From positions 1 to 32,979 of the forward strand of contig JAYVQF010000092.1 in assembly GCA_043777195.1 (NCBI GenBank): DNA of 32,979 nucleotides. The letters run 5' to 3'. A program made the position numbers and the translations under genes. The notes under the pieces were generated by a model, which worked only from the letters and a program-made list of their open reading frames with translations, was not told the DNA's origin and made no database searches. Below are positions 27,114 through 32,979 of the stretch, in pieces. The stretch's first letter is position 1. Every line of letters begins with the position of its first letter. The DNA is from Thermoanaerobaculia bacterium (lineage in GTDB: Bacteria > Acidobacteriota > UBA4820 > JAYVQF01).

Positions 27114-27450
27114 CGTCATCACAATGCCCTCACTTTTCGAACTTTTCACATTCCCCAGGCAGCTGTTTTTCATAAGTCAGATTTTCTGGGAAAATGATTA
27201 GGCATTTAGAAGCAAACGACAGCGTGGCATGCCTCGGTTGAGACTGAAAGCGTGGATGGAGTCGGAATTATGCGCGTCATTTTATGTTACCAAGACACAC
27301 TTTTATCCTGATGTAAAGTTTGAACAATGGATATTTTTCACCCGTGATGCTACTTTTGTTACTGATTCTATTCATCCCTGCGATCATTTGGCTTTTTCGT
27401 TATCAGTTTGTGAAATTGTTCAGTAGAAGCCGATGTAGCGGGAATGCGCT

Positions 27451-29888
<2,438 letters not shown>

Positions 29889-29963
29889 CCCGCCGATTAT
29901 AAGGAAACGCGTAAAAAGCAGAAAGCCTCGCTGCCAGCGGGGATTTGTTAAGATAGCTACATC

Positions 29964-30866
29964 ATGAAAACGCCCGGGGTTCCCGCATTGCGATTGGCCG
30001 CATGGGTCGGCATTTTTGCTTTCGCCAGCCTGCACACGCTGGCGCAGGTGATCATCGTGCGCAGCGGCAATTCCGAGCGCGCGGTGGCGATTTGCAGCGG
30101 GTTTGTGCAGGGCGCGCTGACGGCCGATGTCGCCGGCCTTGATTACAACCAGTTGGTGTGGGGCGGCGACGGCAGCGCCGCAGCCACCGTGGATGCGGTC
30201 AAGGGCCGCAACGCAAAAGTGGTTTTCACGGACAGCGTGAGTGCGGCGCAGGCGCTGCTGGCGGGCGTGCCCGATTTGCGCGTGGTGCTCGCGGTGCCGG
30301 AAGATCCGCGCAAGGCAAAAATTGAAAACAGCCCGCGCCTGACGGTGGTTCATCCGCTGGTCAGCGCCGACAAGCTGTTCCCCATCCTGCAGAAAAACTT
30401 GAAGTTCCGCCGACTGGTCGTGCCGCACCTCGAAGGCGCGGCGCGCGGGCTGCCGGATCTTTTTTTCAATGACAAACGCGTCGCCCTGGTTGATACCGTG
30501 GTGGATGGCCCGGAGAGCCTGGGCGGGCTGGCGGCTGCGCTCGACGGCGCCGATGGCGTATTGCTCGTGCCCGGTGCTTTGCCGCGCAATGCGGAGACGG
30601 CGGCGGCGGTGCTGCGGATCGCCGGCGAAAAGAAGAAACCGGTCGTCAGCCTGGACGCCGAGTGGGTGCCGCTGGGCGTTGCCGTGGCGATTTACGCCGA
30701 CGCCGGCGAGATCGGCTCCGCGGCGGGGCCGCTGGCTGCGACGGCCATGACCAGCGGCGGCAGGAACGCCTATGTTTCGACGGTTTCAATCGCCGTGCGC
30801 AAAGGCGCCGCCGGCAAAGCCGGTTTTGACCTCAAAGGGCTCACCCTCACCCGACAGTACGAATAA
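29964..30866 (+). CDS. Secreted periplasmic-binding-protein-like protein (resembles the ABC_sub_bind / COG2984 type)
   Basis: 300-aa ORF with a signal peptide ([20 protein letters not shown]). Alternating beta-alpha segments are typical of type I PBP folds ([48 protein letters not shown]). It ends 11 nt before the MCP gene. The family call is from pattern memory only. Confidence 0.55.
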   Translation: MKTPGVPALRLAAWVGIFAFASLHTLAQVIIVRSGNSERAVAICSGFVQGALTADVAGLDYNQLVWGGDGSAAATVDAVKGRNAKVVFTDSVSAAQALLAGVPDLRVVLAVPEDPRKAKIENSPRLTVVHPLVSADKLFPILQKNLKFRRLVVPHLEGAARGLPDLFFNDKRVALVDTVVDGPESLGGLAAALDGADGVLLVPGALPRNAETAAAVLRIAGEKKKPVVSLDAEWVPLGVAVAIYADAGEIGSAAGPLAATAMTSGGRNAYVSTVSIAVRKGAAGKAGFDLKGLTLTRQYE

Positions 30867-30877
30867 CCCGGACTCTC

Positions 30878-32979
30878 ATGAAAAAAACTCTTTCGCGGCT
30901 GGGCTTGACGGGCGCGCGCGCGGGCCTGGCGGGCAAACTCAGCCTTTATGTCTCGATTTTTTGTTTTTTCCTGGTGTTGCTGACCACCGGGACGCTGGTC
31001 GCGATCAACCACATCAAGTCGCGCGAAAATCTCAAGAACTCGGTCGCTGCGATGGTGCACGCGCTGGCCGTCAACACCGGAACGGATCTGCTGTCGCGGC
31101 CGGTCGAGGTGAAGCGCCGGGCGCAGGCAATCAAGGCCGGCGATGCCGAGCGAATTCTCGCCATTGATTTTGTAGGGCCGGATGGCCGGCCAGTCGCCAG
31201 CGAGGCAGGCCAGGAAGACACCGAATTGCAAAAAATGTTTCCGCCGGGCGGTGAATGGTTGCAGCGCGAGAACAGCCACTTTTCGAAATACCAGGGAAAA
31301 AGCGCGCTTTACTGCACGATGCCCATCGACCTTCTGGCCACAGCCAGCGCGGAGGATGCCAGCGTGGTTTCGGAAGACGCCGCCAGCGCGCCCTCCGCCG
31401 GCGCGCCCAGCCCTCCCAAGGCGAAAAAAATCATCGGCGCGGTGCGCATGGTCTATTCGCTCGATGCGCTTCGCGCGGCGCTCATTCGCTTCATCTGGAC
31501 TGGCATCGTGATCGGCCTGGTACTCGGGCTGGTCAGTTTTTTCCTGGTCCGCTGGCTGGTGGGCTGGCAGGTCGCGCCCGTCACCGACATCGCCGGCGGC
31601 GCGCAGGCAGTGGCCCGCGGCGAATTGGCGTCACGGCTCAAAATCGAACGCAAAGACGAACTCGGCCTGCTGGCCGAAGCCTTCAACGAAATGGCGGAAG
31701 GGCTGGGCGGCCTGGTGCGCCGCTTCCGCGACAGCTTCTCCTCGGTGGAACGCTCCTCGGGCGCGATTGATCGCGAGGTGGGCAAATTCGTCGAGGGCAG
31801 CCGCGAACAGCGCAAAAATATCGAAGAGATCAGCGCCACTGTGAATCAACTGGCCTCGACCACCCGCAATCTGGTGAGCTCGGTGGAGCAACTTTCCGCT
31901 TCGGCGGAAGAAACCTCCTCCTCGATCATGGAAATGGTCGCCTCCATCGAGGAGGTCGCCCACAATGCCGACGGCCTCGAACGGCGGGTCAATGAAACCG
32001 CCTCCACCACCGAAGAGATGGTTTACGCGGTGCGCGAGATCGACAAGACGGTGGAAAAGCTCAACGAAATCTCCGGCGCGTCCGCTGCGGCGATGATGGA
32101 AATGGACGCGTCGATACGACAGGTGGAGCGCAACGCCGAGGAAACCCGCCAGCTTTCTGAAGACGCCGTCAAGCAGGCCCTCGAGGGGGGCAACAGCGCG
32201 CGCGCCAACGCCGAGGCCATGGAAGGGGTGCGAACGACGGTCAATGAAGCAGCGCAGGCCTTGGGCAAACTCGGCAAGCGCTCCGAAGAGATCGGAAAGA
32301 TTCTCGGCGTGATTGACGAAATTGCGGAACAAACCAATCTGCTCGCGCTCAACGCCGCCATCATCGCGGCGCAGGCGGGCGAGCATGGCAAGGGGTTCGC
32401 GGTGGTGGCGGAGGAAATCCGCCGTCTCGCCGAACGCACCGGCACTTCCACCAAGGAAATCGCCGGGCTGATCGGCGCCGTGCAGAACGATGTGAAGAGT
32501 TCGATGGGGGCGATGCAGCACGGCGTCAAAGCGGTGGACGAGGGCGTCGCGCTGTCAAAACGGGCCGGCGACTCCCTGAAAGCCATCACCGGCGCGGCCA
32601 AGAAATCCTCCGAGATGGTCGGCGCGATCGCCGCCGCCACGCGCGAACAGGCGCAGGGAATTCGCGGCGTGGTCAGCTCGGTTGAACAGATCCGCAGCCT
32701 GGCTGAGGCGATCAGCAAGGCCACCGGCGAACAGGCGCAGGGCGGCAGCCAGATCATGCAGGCCGTCGAGAACATGCGCGAGATCACCGGCGTGGTGGGA
32801 CGGGCCACTGGCGAACAGAGCCGCGGCTCCAAACTTATTTCCGACTCGGTGGGACGCATCACGGACATGATCGGCGCGCTTCATCGCGGCATCGGCGAAC
32901 AGGCCAAGGGCGCGGAAGTCATCTCCGCCCGCATCGAAAACCTGCAGACCGTCGCCGACCGCTATCTCTCCGGCGCCGG
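30878..32979 (+). CDS. Methyl-accepting chemotaxis protein (2 TM, periplasmic domain, HAMP, long signalling domain), partial at window end
   Basis: Not in the ORF track because there is no stop in the window. My translation from ATG 30878 gives [12 protein letters not shown]...TM1...~170-aa periplasmic region...TM2 [20 protein letters not shown]. The HAMP domain is [45 protein letters not shown]. The conserved hairpin tip is [41 protein letters not shown]. The minus-strand ORFs 31631..32521 and 32023..32868 are shadows. Confidence 0.9.
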   Translation, partial: MKKTLSRLGLTGARAGLAGKLSLYVSIFCFFLVLLTTGTLVAINHIKSRENLKNSVAAMVHALAVNTGTDLLSRPVEVKRRAQAIKAGDAERILAIDFVGPDGRPVASEAGQEDTELQKMFPPGGEWLQRENSHFSKYQGKSALYCTMPIDLLATASAEDASVVSEDAASAPSAGAPSPPKAKKIIGAVRMVYSLDALRAALIRFIWTGIVIGLVLGLVSFFLVRWLVGWQVAPVTDIAGGAQAVARGELASRLKIERKDELGLLAEAFNEMAEGLGGLVRRFRDSFSSVERSSGAIDREVGKFVEGSREQRKNIEEISATVNQLASTTRNLVSSVEQLSASAEETSSSIMEMVASIEEVAHNADGLERRVNETASTTEEMVYAVREIDKTVEKLNEISGASAAAMMEMDASIRQVERNAEETRQLSEDAVKQALEGGNSARANAEAMEGVRTTVNEAAQALGKLGKRSEEIGKILGVIDEIAEQTNLLALNAAIIAAQAGEHGKGFAVVAEEIRRLAERTGTSTKEIAGLIGAVQNDVKSSMGAMQHGVKAVDEGVALSKRAGDSLKAITGAAKKSSEMVGAIAAATREQAQGIRGVVSSVEQIRSLAEAISKATGEQAQGGSQIMQAVENMREITGVVGRATGEQSRGSKLISDSVGRITDMIGALHRGIGEQAKGAEVISARIENLQTVADRYLSGA

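Noticed and set aside
29889-30428. N-terminal 180-aa extension of the minus-strand ORF 29451..30428
   Set aside because: The extension is His/Arg/Ala-rich without motifs and overlaps the signal-peptide-bearing + strand gene 29964..30866. The epimerase homology begins at the internal ATG 29888.

Overview
Visibly GC-rich bacterial chromosomal segment with about 27 protein-coding genes. I saw no rRNA, tRNA or CRISPR array. The lineage cannot be determined from the sequence alone. The gene set (RNase Y, MltG, RuvX, che genes) and the style of the intergenic repeats would fit a PVC/Verrucomicrobia-like or similar Gram-negative organism, but that is a guess.

Layout, left to right:
1. A tightly coupled minus-strand chemosensory operon: CheW-like protein with a long N-terminal extension, then a Zn-ribbon/pseudo-receiver protein, a 734-aa HEAT-repeat protein, CheR and CheB. 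CheB is cut by the window edge.
2. amtB, ruvX, mltG, a membrane-anchored HEAT protein and an HD hydrolase.
3. A MarR-family gene divergent from a branched-chain 2-oxoacid dehydrogenase operon (E1alpha, E1beta, E2). Both internal spacers of that operon carry copies of one hairpin-forming repeat family.
4. A ~0.9 kb lower-GC islet with two small ORFs, bracketed by a 65-nt direct duplication of the E2 gene 3' end.
5. rlmN.
6. A 1105-aa secreted protein with 14 Kelch-like repeats and an FN3-like tail.
7. A ~160-bp nested palindromic (REPIN-like) element.
8. rny, rsmG and a double-Zn-ribbon tail-anchored protein on the minus strand.
9. A NifU/Nfu-like gene, a YyaL-type thioredoxin-domain protein, an AT-rich orphan spacer, ligA and a methylmalonyl-CoA epimerase.
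10. A periplasmic-binding-protein-like gene directly upstream of a HAMP-containing methyl-accepting chemotaxis protein that runs off the right edge.

Most long ORFs in the track that lie antisense to these genes are high-GC shadow ORFs.

The most interesting items are the E2-3'-end duplication and islet, the non-canonical che operon, and the two repeat families. None can be called novel without database searches, which I cannot run.
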